From assembly GCA_964651245.1 (NCBI GenBank), contig CAZYVI010000016.1:11492-75491 (forward strand): DNA of 64,000 nt, given 5' to 3'. The translations under genes and the position numbers were made by a program. The notes under the pieces were generated by a model. The model was not told where the DNA came from. It saw only the letters and a list, made by a program, of their open reading frames with translations, and searched no databases. This document shows, piece by piece, positions 38,233 through 47,851 of this stretch. This DNA is from an uncultured Anaerolineales bacterium (GTDB lineage Bacteria > Chloroflexota > Anaerolineae > Epilineales > Epilineaceae). Positions within the stretch are counted from its first letter, which is position 1, and the number at the start of each line of letters is the position of its first letter.

Positions 38233-38322
38233 CGGGTTAGAGGGCCTAACAAGACCACACGGCCACGGATCTCTACCGGGCCGAGGCACGTTGTCGCGCC
38301 GGTCTTGTCAGGGTCTCTTAGG
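38233..38322. repeat. Copy 1 of an approximately 90-nt intergenic repeat with internal inverted repeats (partner at 59975-60062)
   Basis: '...gagggcctaacaagaccacacggccacgga...ggccgaggcacgttgtcgcgccggtcttgtcagggtctcttaggg' is about 85 % identical to the second copy. The arms 'gacaagacc' and 'ggtcttgtc' are reverse complements. It lies between convergent genes. Confidence 0.5.
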
Positions 38323-40056
38323 GCAGCAGCGGGCACCCGACCCGCCAGACCGGGGTGTTGAAGATCGGGTGGTAGCGCTGGTGGATGTTGCGCACGGTCA
38401 GGCAGGTCCGCTCCGGGTTCATCGGCCCGGCGGGCTTGCCGGGGTCGAGGCGGTAGCGCCAGCCGTAGTACTGCTCGGGGTGGGCCAGCGCCGCCGCGAT
38501 GACGGCCGGCGGCACCTTGCGGCGGGTGTCCTCGCAGACGCAGGCGACCGGCGGCGTCGGCCCGGCCGTTGCGGTGGGCGTCGAGGGCGGGCGCGCCGTC
38601 GCCGTCACCGCGGCGGTGGCGGTCGGCGGCGGCTCGTCCGGCTCGCGGCAGAGCTGTTCGACGTCGCCCAGGCCGTTCGCCTTGGCGAACAGATGGGCGC
38701 CGACCTGATGGTAGATCTGCCGCCGTGCGGTGTTCGCGGCGCTCGGAACGTCGAACCACAGCGCGCCGGCCGACACGATGTCGAGCGGCGCGGCGGCGCT
38801 CGTGACGACCTCGCGGCTGGCGTCGATCCGCGCCAGGCCGCCGAACGCCGTCTCGTCGTGGACCGGGATGGCGCCGAAGCTCGGGCCGAAGTCCTCGGCG
38901 AAGTACTCGGGCGTCGTCTGGGCCACCCAACGGTCGCCGGACGGCAAGGCGATCACGATGTCGCCGGCCGGGATCATCGAGCCCTCGCCGTCGGGGTTCA
39001 GGCCGCTGGGATCGTAGAAGCCCATGTCGCCGTAGCGGTCGCGGAAGCCGAGCACCATCTCGCCGCCGGGGCCGAAGACGATGTCGGTCAGCATCGGCTG
39101 CGGGTTGATGTTCCAGCCGGTGCCGGGCGTCGGGCCGGGCGTGAACTCGAAGCGGTCGTTCCACGGCCGCCATCGGGCGGGGACGCGGGCGGGATGGTCG
39201 ACCACGCCGCGCTCGAGCGCGAGCGGGAAGCGGACAACCTCGCGCATCCCGGCGCCGTCGAGGCTCGAGGCGTAGACCCGCGCCTCGAGCTCGCCCGGCA
39301 GTTGCGAGCGCTCGGCGCTGGCGACGACGCCGTGGTAGAGCGTGTCGGCCGTCACCGCCAGGCCGAACGGTCGCGCGTCGACCGACCACGAGGTCGTCGC
39401 CGCCCCGTGGGGCAGCGTGCCGAGCAGCGCGCCGTCCTCCGTCCGGTAGCGGTAGATCTGCCGATCGGCCAGGTTCGTGACGAACAGCTCGCGGCCGTCG
39501 GGGGTCAGGTCGATGTCGCCCAAGCCCGTCCGCCCTACCGCGCCGCGGCCCGCCGCATCAGGGAAGTGGCCGCCCGCCGGATCGTGGCCGTCCACGCCCG
39601 CGTTGGGGACGGTGAGCCAGAGCGACGCGACGGAGCTCCGGATGTCGATCGCGTAGATCGCCCCTGGGCCGGCCGGGCCGAACGGCGCGCCGCGCTTGTG
39701 GTAGGCCGCGGCGTAGAGGCGCTGCGTCGACGGGTCGAAGGCCAACCCGTAGGCCGCGCCGACGTCGCGCTGCGCGGCCAGTGGGCGGACCGGCGTCGTC
39801 GCGCCGCGCCGGAACGACACGACAGCCGGCTTGTCCGGGTGCGCACCGCGCGCGAACTGCGTCGTGGCCAGGATCGGGTCCGGCTCGAGGCAGGCGCTGG
39901 CGGCGGCGACCCGGTCGTCGGCGGTCGCGGCCGGCGCGGCCGTCACGCCCACCGCGGCCGCCACCGCAGCCGTGGCGGCCCACCAGGCCAAGCTCCGCAG
40001 CGGCCATGGATCGGCGTCGACGAGGCGGCGAAGGCGTCTGGCGTGCGGTCGGTGCA
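38318..40056 (-). CDS. Secreted beta-propeller-like protein (YVTN/NHL/SMP-30-like repeats) with a Cys-containing C-terminal domain
   Basis: ATG at 40056 is preceded by AGGAGAG. Signal peptide 'MHRPHARRLRRLVDADPWPLRSLAWWAATAAVAAAVGVTAAPAATA'. 'DIDLTPDGRELFVTNLADRQIYRYRTEDGALLGTL'. A C-terminal 'CVCEDTRRK...RTCLTVRNIHQRYHPIFNTPVWRVGCPLLP' follows a TATA-type linker. Only this part of the 1437-aa track ORF is credible. Confidence 0.65.
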
Positions 40057-40300
40057 TCGTGTCTCTCCTGTCCGTGATGGCGGCGATGGTTCGTCGTCGC
40101 GCGGCCCGTCGTGCCCGATCCGCACCTGTCGCGCTGCGGGCCGTTGTCGGCTCCGGACGGCCGTGCTGGCGGGGCGTACGCGCGCCGCGACCGCCGGTTG
40201 CGCCGTCGGGTGCAGACGCTGCGGCCGCCAGCGCGGTCGATTGGCCGTATACTGCCGCGCGACCGCGGCCCATGCCACTTGACACCACCCGGAGGAATCG

Positions 40301-42685
40301 GTGACGACGCCTTCCAAGCTGCCGCGCATGACGCCACCGCGCCGCCGCTGGCGACCGCCCCGGCTGACGTGGTGGCCCGCGGCGAAGCGACACGCCCCGT
40401 CGACGACGGCCGCGCCGGCGCCGCCGCCCGCCGCAGTGGGCGCCGAGCGCGCGGCCGCGCCCACCGTGTCCAGCGCCGGGCCCGCGGCGCCGCCGGCCGT
40501 CGCCGCACCCTCGGCGGCGGTCGGCGACGCGTGGCCGCAGGCCACAGCAGCAGGCGTGCGGAGCTGGCCGCGGCTTTCGACGCCGGCCGCCCGCCGCGCT
40601 GCGGCCGCCACGGCTGCGCTGGCTCTCGCGCTGTGGGCACAGGCCACGATCGAGCGGCGCCTCGTCGCGCGCCAGGCGATCCTGGCCCTGCCCGTCGTCC
40701 TGCCGCTCGTCGGAATGACGGTTGCGTGGTGGTGGTCGCTGCGGGACGACGACCGCGCCGTGGCCGACGCGCCGATGCCCGTCGTCGCCGGGCCGGCTGC
40801 CGCGCCGGCGCGCCGGCGGGACGCGGCGATCGCGCTCGGCCTGCTGGCGCTGACGACCGTCGTCGCCCCGGCGCTGCCCGGACCGCTGTTCGCGTCGCTG
40901 GCGCTGATCCACTATCCCCTGGGCCCGACGAGCCCAGAGAACACGTTCACGGCGGTCGGCGCCGCGTTGTGGATCGTTGCGATCGTCCTCTACCTGCGGG
41001 CGGTCGCCGAGCGGCCGTCGGGTTGGGACGTCGGCGCCGTCGGCCGCTGGCTGCGGCGGCCGGAGGTGCGCGTCGTCTTCGGCCGCGAGGCGCTCGTCGT
41101 CGCCGCCGTGCTCGCCGTCGCCGCCGTCTACCGCTTCCACGACCTTGCGCTCGTGCCGCGCGCGATGACGAGCGACCACGTCGAGAAGCTCATCGACATC
41201 CACGAGCTGACCGGCGGCCAGGCCCGCGCCTTCTTCTGGCGCAACACTGGGCGCGAGCTGTTCCAGTTCTATTGGACGGCGCTCTTCGTCTGGCTGGGCG
41301 GGCTGCCGGTGTCGTTCCTCACGCAGAAGATCGCGATGGCGACGCTGAGCGTCATCGCGATCACCTTCACCTACGGCCTGGGCCGCCGCGTCGCCGGCCC
41401 GGCGGTCGGCGCGGCCGCGGCGTTGGCGCTGGCGCTGTGCCCGTGGGACGTCCAGATCACCCGCGTGGCGCTGCGGTACGAGCTCTCGGCCGTGTTCGCC
41501 GGCCTGTCGCTGTGGCTCCTGGTACGGGCGCTGCAGCTGGGAACGCGCAACAGCTGGCTGGCATGCGGCGCGGCCATGGCCGTCGGCCTGCACGGCTACA
41601 CCGGCTTTCGGCCGATCCTGTTGGCCGCGCTGGCCCTGGTGGCGCTGCGCCTGGGCTATGACGCGGCGGCCCGCCGGCGATCCGGCGTCGCGGCGCCCGC
41701 CGGGCTCTGGCGGGTCCTCGCCGGCCATGTCGTCGCGACGGCGGGTCTTGGGCTGCTGCTGCTCGCGCCGCTCCTGCGCTACGCCGTCGACCAGCCCGGC
41801 CTCTTCCTGGAGCGGGCCCTGACGCGCACGACCGGCGTCGAGCAGGCGCTCGCCAACCCGCCGCTCGTGCAGTTTGCGATCAACATGCGCCAGGCGCTGC
41901 TCATGTTCAACGTCCTGGGCGACAGCGCCTGGCTCGTCAACCCGGCCGGCCGCGTCGCGCTCGAGACGGCTGGGGCGGCGCTGTTCCTCCTCGGCGTCGT
42001 CACGGCCGCCTGGCGGGCGCGGCGCGGCGACTGGCGGGGCGCGGCACTGCTGGCCACCGTGCCGCTCATGCTGACCGCGGCGGCGATGGCGCTGGCGTTC
42101 CCCAACGAGGTGCCGCACCTGGCCCGCTCGGCCGGCGCGCTGCCGGCGGTGGCCGTCCTCGTGGCCCTGCCGCTCGGCGAGATCGCCCGACGGTACCAGG
42201 GCGCCGCCGGTCGGACCGGCCGGATCGCGGCGCTCGTCGTCGCCGCCGCCCTGTTCGTCGGGATGGGGCGCAACACCTGGCGGCGCTACTACAACGAGTA
42301 CCGGCCGCAGTACAACGGCTCGACCCACAACACGTTCGAGGGCGCCGAGGTGGCGCGCGGCTTCATCGCCCTCGGCGGCGACCTCGACCACGTCTACCTC
42401 GTCGGCTGGTCGGACGGCTGGGACTACCGGGCGATCGGCGTCGAGCTGGGCGACTTCGACTACGCCGGGCTGCTGTGGGGTCGGGAGGCGGACGGATCCG
42501 ACGCCGTCGACCAGGCCGCCGCCCATGTCGACGACCCGGCGGCCAAGCTCTACATCGTGGCAGGTCCCCGCACCGAGGCCAACGTCGACGCGCTGCGCAC
42601 GTTGTTCCCCGCGGCGGTGGTCGTCGCCCACCCGCGCCGCGACGTCGGCGAGGCGTTCACGACCGTCTACGTCCCGGCGCGCTGA
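40301..42685 (+). CDS. Polytopic membrane protein, glycosyltransferase family 39 / ArnT-like (putative lipid-linked sugar transferase)
   Basis: GTG at 40301 is preceded by GGAGGAATCG. A Pro/Ala-rich N-terminal region of about 100 aa is followed by about 12 TM helices and a C-terminal soluble domain. The true start may be internal. Confidence 0.6.
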   Translation: MTTPSKLPRMTPPRRRWRPPRLTWWPAAKRHAPSTTAAPAPPPAAVGAERAAAPTVSSAGPAAPPAVAAPSAAVGDAWPQATAAGVRSWPRLSTPAARRAAAATAALALALWAQATIERRLVARQAILALPVVLPLVGMTVAWWWSLRDDDRAVADAPMPVVAGPAAAPARRRDAAIALGLLALTTVVAPALPGPLFASLALIHYPLGPTSPENTFTAVGAALWIVAIVLYLRAVAERPSGWDVGAVGRWLRRPEVRVVFGREALVVAAVLAVAAVYRFHDLALVPRAMTSDHVEKLIDIHELTGGQARAFFWRNTGRELFQFYWTALFVWLGGLPVSFLTQKIAMATLSVIAITFTYGLGRRVAGPAVGAAAALALALCPWDVQITRVALRYELSAVFAGLSLWLLVRALQLGTRNSWLACGAAMAVGLHGYTGFRPILLAALALVALRLGYDAAARRRSGVAAPAGLWRVLAGHVVATAGLGLLLLAPLLRYAVDQPGLFLERALTRTTGVEQALANPPLVQFAINMRQALLMFNVLGDSAWLVNPAGRVALETAGAALFLLGVVTAAWRARRGDWRGAALLATVPLMLTAAAMALAFPNEVPHLARSAGALPAVAVLVALPLGEIARRYQGAAGRTGRIAALVVAAALFVGMGRNTWRRYYNEYRPQYNGSTHNTFEGAEVARGFIALGGDLDHVYLVGWSDGWDYRAIGVELGDFDYAGLLWGREADGSDAVDQAAAHVDDPAAKLYIVAGPRTEANVDALRTLFPAAVVVAHPRRDVGEAFTTVYVPAR

Positions 42686-42798
42686 GCCGAGCGTGCTATA
42701 CTCGCCCGCGGCCCGCGCCGGATCGTCGCGCGGGCCACGACATGTCCCACGCCGGGCCGAGGGGCTTCCCGTCGGCCCGCGGTAGCGAGCGAGGCACG

Positions 42799-43944
42799 AT
42801 GGATCTTCTCGAGTACCAGGCCAAGCGCCTCTTCGACGCGCACGGCATCCCGATCAAGCGCGGCGACGTCGCCCGCACGCCCGAGGAGGCGCGCGCGGTG
42901 GCGGCGCGCCTGGGCGGCCGCGTCGTCGTCAAGGCCCAGGTCCTGACCGGCGGCCGCGGCAAGGCCGGCGGCGTGAAGCTGGCGTCCTCGCCGGACGAGG
43001 CCGCGGCCCGCGCCGCCGACATCCTCGGCCTCGACATCCGCGGCCATACGGTGCGGCTCGTCCTCGTCGACCCGGCGGTCGACATCGACCGCGAGATCTA
43101 CGTGGCCGTGACGCTCGACCGCACCGCGCGGCGGGCGCTGATCATGGCCTCGGCCGAGGGCGGCGTCGACATCGAGACGGTGGCGGCCGAGAAGCCCGAG
43201 GCGATCCGGCGCGTCCACGTCGACCCGGCCGTCGGGCTGCAGCCGTACCAGGTGCGCCAGCTGGCGTTCGGGATCGGACTTCCGCAGCCGCTGCACGCCG
43301 CGTTCGGCGACGTCGTGACGCGCCTCTTCCGCGTCTTCGAGGCGGCCGACGCGACGCTGGCCGAGATCAACCCGCTGATCGTCACGCCCGCCGGCGAGGT
43401 GATCGCCTTGGACGGCAAGGTGACGATCGACAACAGCGCGCTCTTCCGCCAACCCGAGCGCGCCGCCGAGCGCAGCGACGCCGAGCTGACCGACGCCGAG
43501 CGCGCCGCCCGCGACGCCGGCTTGAACTACGTCGACCTCGACGGCTCGATCGGCTGCTTGGTGAACGGCGCCGGCCTGGCGATGGCGACGATGGACGTCA
43601 TCCAGCTGTTCGGCGGCTCGCCGGCCAACTTCCTGGACATCGGCGGCGGGGCGCAGGCCGACAAGGTCGAGGCGGCGCTGCGGATCATCCTGGCCGATGC
43701 GCGCGTCCAGGCGGTGCTCATCAACATCTTCGGCGGCATCACGCGCGGCGACGAGGTGGCGCGCGGCATCGTCGCCGCGCTGGGCAACATCGCCACCGAC
43801 GTGCCGTTCGTGGTGCGCATCGTCGGCACGAACGCCGAGGCGGCGCAGGCGATCCTCGCCGACGCCCAGCTGCACTCCGGCGCTACGCTGGCCGAAGCCG
43901 CCCGCACGGCCGTCGCGCTCGCCGCCGCACGGGGGGCCGCATGA
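42799..43944 (+). CDS. sucC: Succinyl-CoA synthetase (ADP-forming) beta subunit
   Basis: '[18 protein letters not shown]...[19 protein letters not shown]...EINPLIVT...[30 protein letters not shown]' aligns along its whole length with E. coli SucC. Confidence 0.9.
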   Translation: MDLLEYQAKRLFDAHGIPIKRGDVARTPEEARAVAARLGGRVVVKAQVLTGGRGKAGGVKLASSPDEAAARAADILGLDIRGHTVRLVLVDPAVDIDREIYVAVTLDRTARRALIMASAEGGVDIETVAAEKPEAIRRVHVDPAVGLQPYQVRQLAFGIGLPQPLHAAFGDVVTRLFRVFEAADATLAEINPLIVTPAGEVIALDGKVTIDNSALFRQPERAAERSDAELTDAERAARDAGLNYVDLDGSIGCLVNGAGLAMATMDVIQLFGGSPANFLDIGGGAQADKVEAALRIILADARVQAVLINIFGGITRGDEVARGIVAALGNIATDVPFVVRIVGTNAEAAQAILADAQLHSGATLAEAARTAVALAAARGAA

Positions 43945-44825
43945 GCATCTACGTCGACGCTGCTTCGCGCGTGCTCGTCCAGGGCATCACGGGCCGCGAG
44001 GGTACGTTCCACACCACCCACATGGTCGCCAGCGGCACGAACGTCGTGGCCGGCGTCACGCCCGGCAAGGGCGGGCAGCCGATCGAGGGCGCGCTGGCCG
44101 GCGTGCCGGTGTTCGACACCGTCGCCGACGCCGTCGCCGCCACCGGCGCCAACGTCAGCTGCATCTTCGTGCCGGCCCGGTTCGCCGCCGACGCCGTGCT
44201 CGAGGCGGCCGACGCGCGGATCGGCGTCATCGTCACGATCACCGAGGGCGTGCCGGTCCACGACATGATCGCGGTCACGAACTCGGTCCGCAGCCGCGGC
44301 ATCACGATGATCGGCCCGAACTGTCCGGGCCTCATCTCGCCCGGCGGCGCCAAGGTCGGCATCATCCCGGCCTCGATCTGCACGCCGGGTCCGGTCGGCG
44401 TCGTCAGCCGCTCCGGCACGCTGACCTACGAGGTGCTGCACGCCCTGACCAGCCGCGGCATCGGCCAGACCACCGCCGTCGGCATCGGGGGCGACCCGGT
44501 GCAGGGCACGAAGTTCGTCGACGTGCTGGACCGGTTCGAGAAGGATCCGGCGACCGAGCTGATCGTGATGATCGGCGAGATCGGCGGCACCGACGAGGAG
44601 GCGGCAGCGGCGTACGTGGCCGCCCACGTCACCAAGCCCGTCGTCGGCTTCATCGCCGGCCAGACGGCGCCGCCGGGCAAGACGATGGGGCACGCCGGCG
44701 CGATCATCGCCGGCGGCAAGGGCACGGCGGCGGAGAAGATCGCGGCGCTCCAGGCGGCCGGGATCGCCGTGGCCCGCCACCCCGACGAGATCGCCGAGCT
44801 GGTGGCGGCGCGGCTGGCCCGCTAG
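43941..44825 (+). CDS. sucD: Succinyl-CoA synthetase alpha subunit
   Basis: ATGA overlap with sucC. '[15 protein letters not shown]...SRSGTLTYE...GIGGDP...MGHAGAII' includes the CoA-binding motif and the phosphohistidine loop. Confidence 0.9.
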   Translation: MSIYVDAASRVLVQGITGREGTFHTTHMVASGTNVVAGVTPGKGGQPIEGALAGVPVFDTVADAVAATGANVSCIFVPARFAADAVLEAADARIGVIVTITEGVPVHDMIAVTNSVRSRGITMIGPNCPGLISPGGAKVGIIPASICTPGPVGVVSRSGTLTYEVLHALTSRGIGQTTAVGIGGDPVQGTKFVDVLDRFEKDPATELIVMIGEIGGTDEEAAAAYVAAHVTKPVVGFIAGQTAPPGKTMGHAGAIIAGGKGTAAEKIAALQAAGIAVARHPDEIAELVAARLAR

Positions 44826-44870
44826 CGCCCGCAGGCGCATCGGCGCCGCCGCGCCACGCGGCGCGCTACC

Positions 44871-46349
44871 ATGCGCGCCATGATGGATCCGCTGTCGGCG
44901 CTGCGGGCCACGCTGGCCGGGCGCGGCGTGCCCGGCTGGTTGGTCGGCGGCGCGGTGCGCGACCGGCTGCTGGGCCGCGCCGCGCTCGACGTCGACGTCG
45001 TCGTGGCCGCCGGCGCCGTGGCGGCGGCGCGGGCCGTGGCCGCCGCGACCGGCGGCGCCTTCGTCCCGCTGTCGCCCGAGCGCGGCATCGCCCGCGTCGT
45101 CTGGCCGGGGCGCGACGGCGCCGCCGACGCCGTCCTCGACGTGACGGACTTTGTCGGCGGGGGGCTCGAGCGCGACCTGGCGGCGCGCGACTTCACCGTC
45201 AACGCCCTGGCCGTGCCGCTCGACGAGGTGCCGGATGCGACGAGCGGGTTGCGGCGCGAGACCGTCATCGACGTCGCCGGCGGCCTCGCCGACCTCGACG
45301 CGGGCCGCGTGCGCATGGTCGCCGCCGCGGCGTTCGACGCCGATCCGCTGCGCCTGCTGCGCGGCCAGCGCCTCGCCGCCGAGCTGGGCTTCGCGCTCGA
45401 CGACGCCACGTCCGCGGCGATCGCGGCGCGCGCGGCGTCGCTGCGGCGCCCCGCCGGCGAGCGCGTCCGCGACGAGCTGGCGCGGCTGCTGGCCGTCGAC
45501 GACGCCGCCAACTGGGTTCGGCGCCTCGACGCGCTGGGCCTGCTGGCGGTCGTGCTGCCGGAGGTCACCGCCTGCCGCGATGTCGGTGGCGCGTCCCACG
45601 ACGTGCTCGCGCATGCCCTGGCGGTGCTCGACGGCGCCTGCCGGCTGACGCGGCGGCTCGCCGGTGACGGCCGCGCCTCGGTCGCCGCCGCCGCCGACGC
45701 GGTGATCGACGGCCGGCGGGCCGGCCTGGCCGACCACGCGGCGCAGCGGATCGGCGGGCGGCGCTGGGCCGTGTGGTGGCGGCTGGCGGCGCTGCTCCAC
45801 GACATCGGCAAGCCGGCGACGGCGCACTGGGACGCGGCGGCGGCGCGCTGGCGCTACCTGGGCCACGATGCGGTCGGCGCCGAGCAGGTCGCGGGCGTGG
45901 CGCACCGCTTGCGCCTCGGCGCCGACGAGGCGGAGCGCATCACGGCCGTGGTGCGCCACCACCTGCGCCCGCTGGCGCTGGCCGACGATCCGCCGCCCAG
46001 CCGGCGGGCCGTCTACCGCTTCTTCCGCGCCACCGGTCCGGCCGGCGTCGACGTCGCCCTCCACGCCCTCGTCGACCGCGCCGCCAAGCCCGAGCCCGGC
46101 CACGCCGACCTCGCGGCCGTGGCGGGCACGGTCGACGTCCTTCTGGCGGCCTGGTACGACGCCCCGGAGGTCGCCGTCGCTCCGCCGCCGCTGCTCGACG
46201 GCCGCGACGTCATGGCCCGCTTCGGCGTCGCGCCCGGACCGCGCCTGGGCGCGCTGCTGGCCGGCCTGCGCGAGGCGCAGGCGGCGGGCGAGGTCGGGAC
46301 GATCGATGAAGCGTACGCTTGGATTGCGGACGCGGTCGGAAGCGGCTAG
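44871..46349 (+). CDS. cca: CCA-adding enzyme / poly(A) polymerase-family tRNA nucleotidyltransferase with an HD domain
   Basis: 'WLVGGAVRDRLLGR...DVDVVV' is the head-domain GGxVRD motif with DxD. 'LLHDIGKP' is the HD domain. This is consistent with the tRNAs in this window lacking an encoded CCA. Confidence 0.75.
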   Translation: MRAMMDPLSALRATLAGRGVPGWLVGGAVRDRLLGRAALDVDVVVAAGAVAAARAVAAATGGAFVPLSPERGIARVVWPGRDGAADAVLDVTDFVGGGLERDLAARDFTVNALAVPLDEVPDATSGLRRETVIDVAGGLADLDAGRVRMVAAAAFDADPLRLLRGQRLAAELGFALDDATSAAIAARAASLRRPAGERVRDELARLLAVDDAANWVRRLDALGLLAVVLPEVTACRDVGGASHDVLAHALAVLDGACRLTRRLAGDGRASVAAAADAVIDGRRAGLADHAAQRIGGRRWAVWWRLAALLHDIGKPATAHWDAAAARWRYLGHDAVGAEQVAGVAHRLRLGADEAERITAVVRHHLRPLALADDPPPSRRAVYRFFRATGPAGVDVALHALVDRAAKPEPGHADLAAVAGTVDVLLAAWYDAPEVAVAPPPLLDGRDVMARFGVAPGPRLGALLAGLREAQAAGEVGTIDEAYAWIADAVGSG

Positions 46350-46440
46350 CCTCCGCCGTCAAGCGATCGGGCGACTCGAGGTCGCTTCGGCCAGCGCGCG
46401 GCTCCCTCGCCGTCGCCACCCAACGCACGCGGAGTGTCCC

Positions 46441-47844
46441 ATGGCCCGCACATCTCGCTCGACGGCCCGACGACTCGTTGCGGCGCTCGCCCTCGGGCTG
46501 GCCGGGGCCGCAGGGGCCGCGACCGCCCACGCCGACGTCGCGCCGCCGCCGGCGGCGCCCGGAGCGGCGCTCGCTCCCGAGGCGACGACCCAGGTGCGGA
46601 TGGTGCGCGAGCGGGTCGTCCTGACGATCACGTCCGGCGCGAGCTCCGACGCGGACGCGCAACGGGCCAGCGATCGGATGACCGGCTCCGTCGAGGCCGA
46701 CTTCACGCTGCGCAACGAGGGCGACGCGCCCGAGACGATGGCGGTGCGCTTCCCGCTGTGGCGCGACGCGTACGAGGTGGCGCTGCCCGAGGGCTTCGAA
46801 GCCGAGGTCGACGGGCGCTCCGTCGGCGTCGACACCGTCGATGGCGACGGTGCGCCGATCGACGCATCCGCACCGGGCGAGCGCAGCGACCAAGGCTGGG
46901 CCGCGTTCGAGGTGACGTTCGCGCCGCGCACCGACACCCGCATCGTCGTCCGCTATGGCGTCGAGCCGACCGGCTACCCGCCGTACGGGACGTTCCGCTA
47001 CGTGCTGGACACCGGCGCCGCTTGGGCCGGGGTCATCGAGGCCGCCGAGGTCGTCGTGCGGCTGCCGTACGCCGTCGACCCGGCCAACGCCGCGCTCGAT
47101 CCGGCCTCGATGTGGGACACCGGCCCGCTGCCATCGGGCTTCGTGGTCGAGGGCACCGACGTCGTCTGGCGCTTCGCCGACCTCGAGCCGACGGAGGCCG
47201 ACAACATCCGGCTGACGGTGTTGGCGCCGACGGTGTGGTCCGCCATCGTCGACGCCCGCGCCGCCGCGGCGGCCGAGCCGGAGCCGACGGCGGCGTCGCA
47301 GCTGGCGCTGGCCCGCGCGCTGGCGGCCGGCGTCTACACGAGCCGCGACGTCGGCGTCGTCTCGATCGCCGACAGCGGAGCCTTGGCCGACGAGGCGATG
47401 GCGGCCTTCGCGCGTGCCCAGGAGCTCGCGCCCGACGACCCCGAGACCCTCGTCCACTACGCCCTGTTCGCGGGCGGCGTCGACAGCGCGCTCTTGTACG
47501 GCGACCTGAGGGCCGAGACGCGCGACGTGATCGAGCGGGCCCTGGCGGCGGCGCCAGACGACGAGCGCTTGACGGGTGTGCGCGATGCGCGCGAGTGGTT
47601 CCTGCGCGCGAGCCCGACCTGGACGGCCGATGCCGCGGCGCACGCAGCAGCAGCGGCGGACGCCGAGGCGCAACCGACTTCGACGGGCGCGCCCCTACCG
47701 CTCGTCGCCGCGACGGCGCCGCCCGACGGGGACGCCCCGGCCGGGCGATCGCTGCCGGTGACGACGCTGGGCGCGGGCCTGGTCGCGCTGCTCGTCGTCG
47801 CCGTCCTCGCGTTGCTGCCGTTCCGCCGCCGTCGCGGGCGCTAG
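46441..47844 (+). CDS. Hypothetical exported protein with a C-terminal membrane anchor and a sortase-like tail
   Basis: ATG at 46441 is preceded by GGAG. Signal peptide 'MARTSRSTARRLVAALALGLAGAAGAATAHA'. The C-terminus is '...SLPVTTLGAGLVALLVVAVLALLPFRRRRGR' (motif, hydrophobic stretch, Arg tail). Confidence 0.6.
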   Translation: MARTSRSTARRLVAALALGLAGAAGAATAHADVAPPPAAPGAALAPEATTQVRMVRERVVLTITSGASSDADAQRASDRMTGSVEADFTLRNEGDAPETMAVRFPLWRDAYEVALPEGFEAEVDGRSVGVDTVDGDGAPIDASAPGERSDQGWAAFEVTFAPRTDTRIVVRYGVEPTGYPPYGTFRYVLDTGAAWAGVIEAAEVVVRLPYAVDPANAALDPASMWDTGPLPSGFVVEGTDVVWRFADLEPTEADNIRLTVLAPTVWSAIVDARAAAAAEPEPTAASQLALARALAAGVYTSRDVGVVSIADSGALADEAMAAFARAQELAPDDPETLVHYALFAGGVDSALLYGDLRAETRDVIERALAAAPDDERLTGVRDAREWFLRASPTWTADAAAHAAAAADAEAQPTSTGAPLPLVAATAPPDGDAPAGRSLPVTTLGAGLVALLVVAVLALLPFRRRRGR

Positions 47845-47851
47845 CGGCCCG

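Noticed and set aside
28269-38289. Long minus-strand ORFs (28269-31145, 31928-33901, 33895-38289) opposite the GT-C genes
   Set aside because: They are antisense artefacts. The plus-strand translations give long hydrophobic TM-rich proteins with conserved motifs shared between paralogs. The minus-strand translations are Arg/Gly/Pro low complexity.
40057-42631. Upper 860 codons of the 1437-aa minus-strand ORF 38318-42631
   Set aside because: Only the segment after the SD-preceded ATG at 40056 encodes a coherent signal-peptide plus beta-propeller protein. The upstream part is antisense to the GT39-like gene at 40301-42685.
43527-46103. 858-aa minus-strand ORF
   Set aside because: It is antisense to sucD and the CCA-adding enzyme gene, both of which have strong homology on the plus strand.
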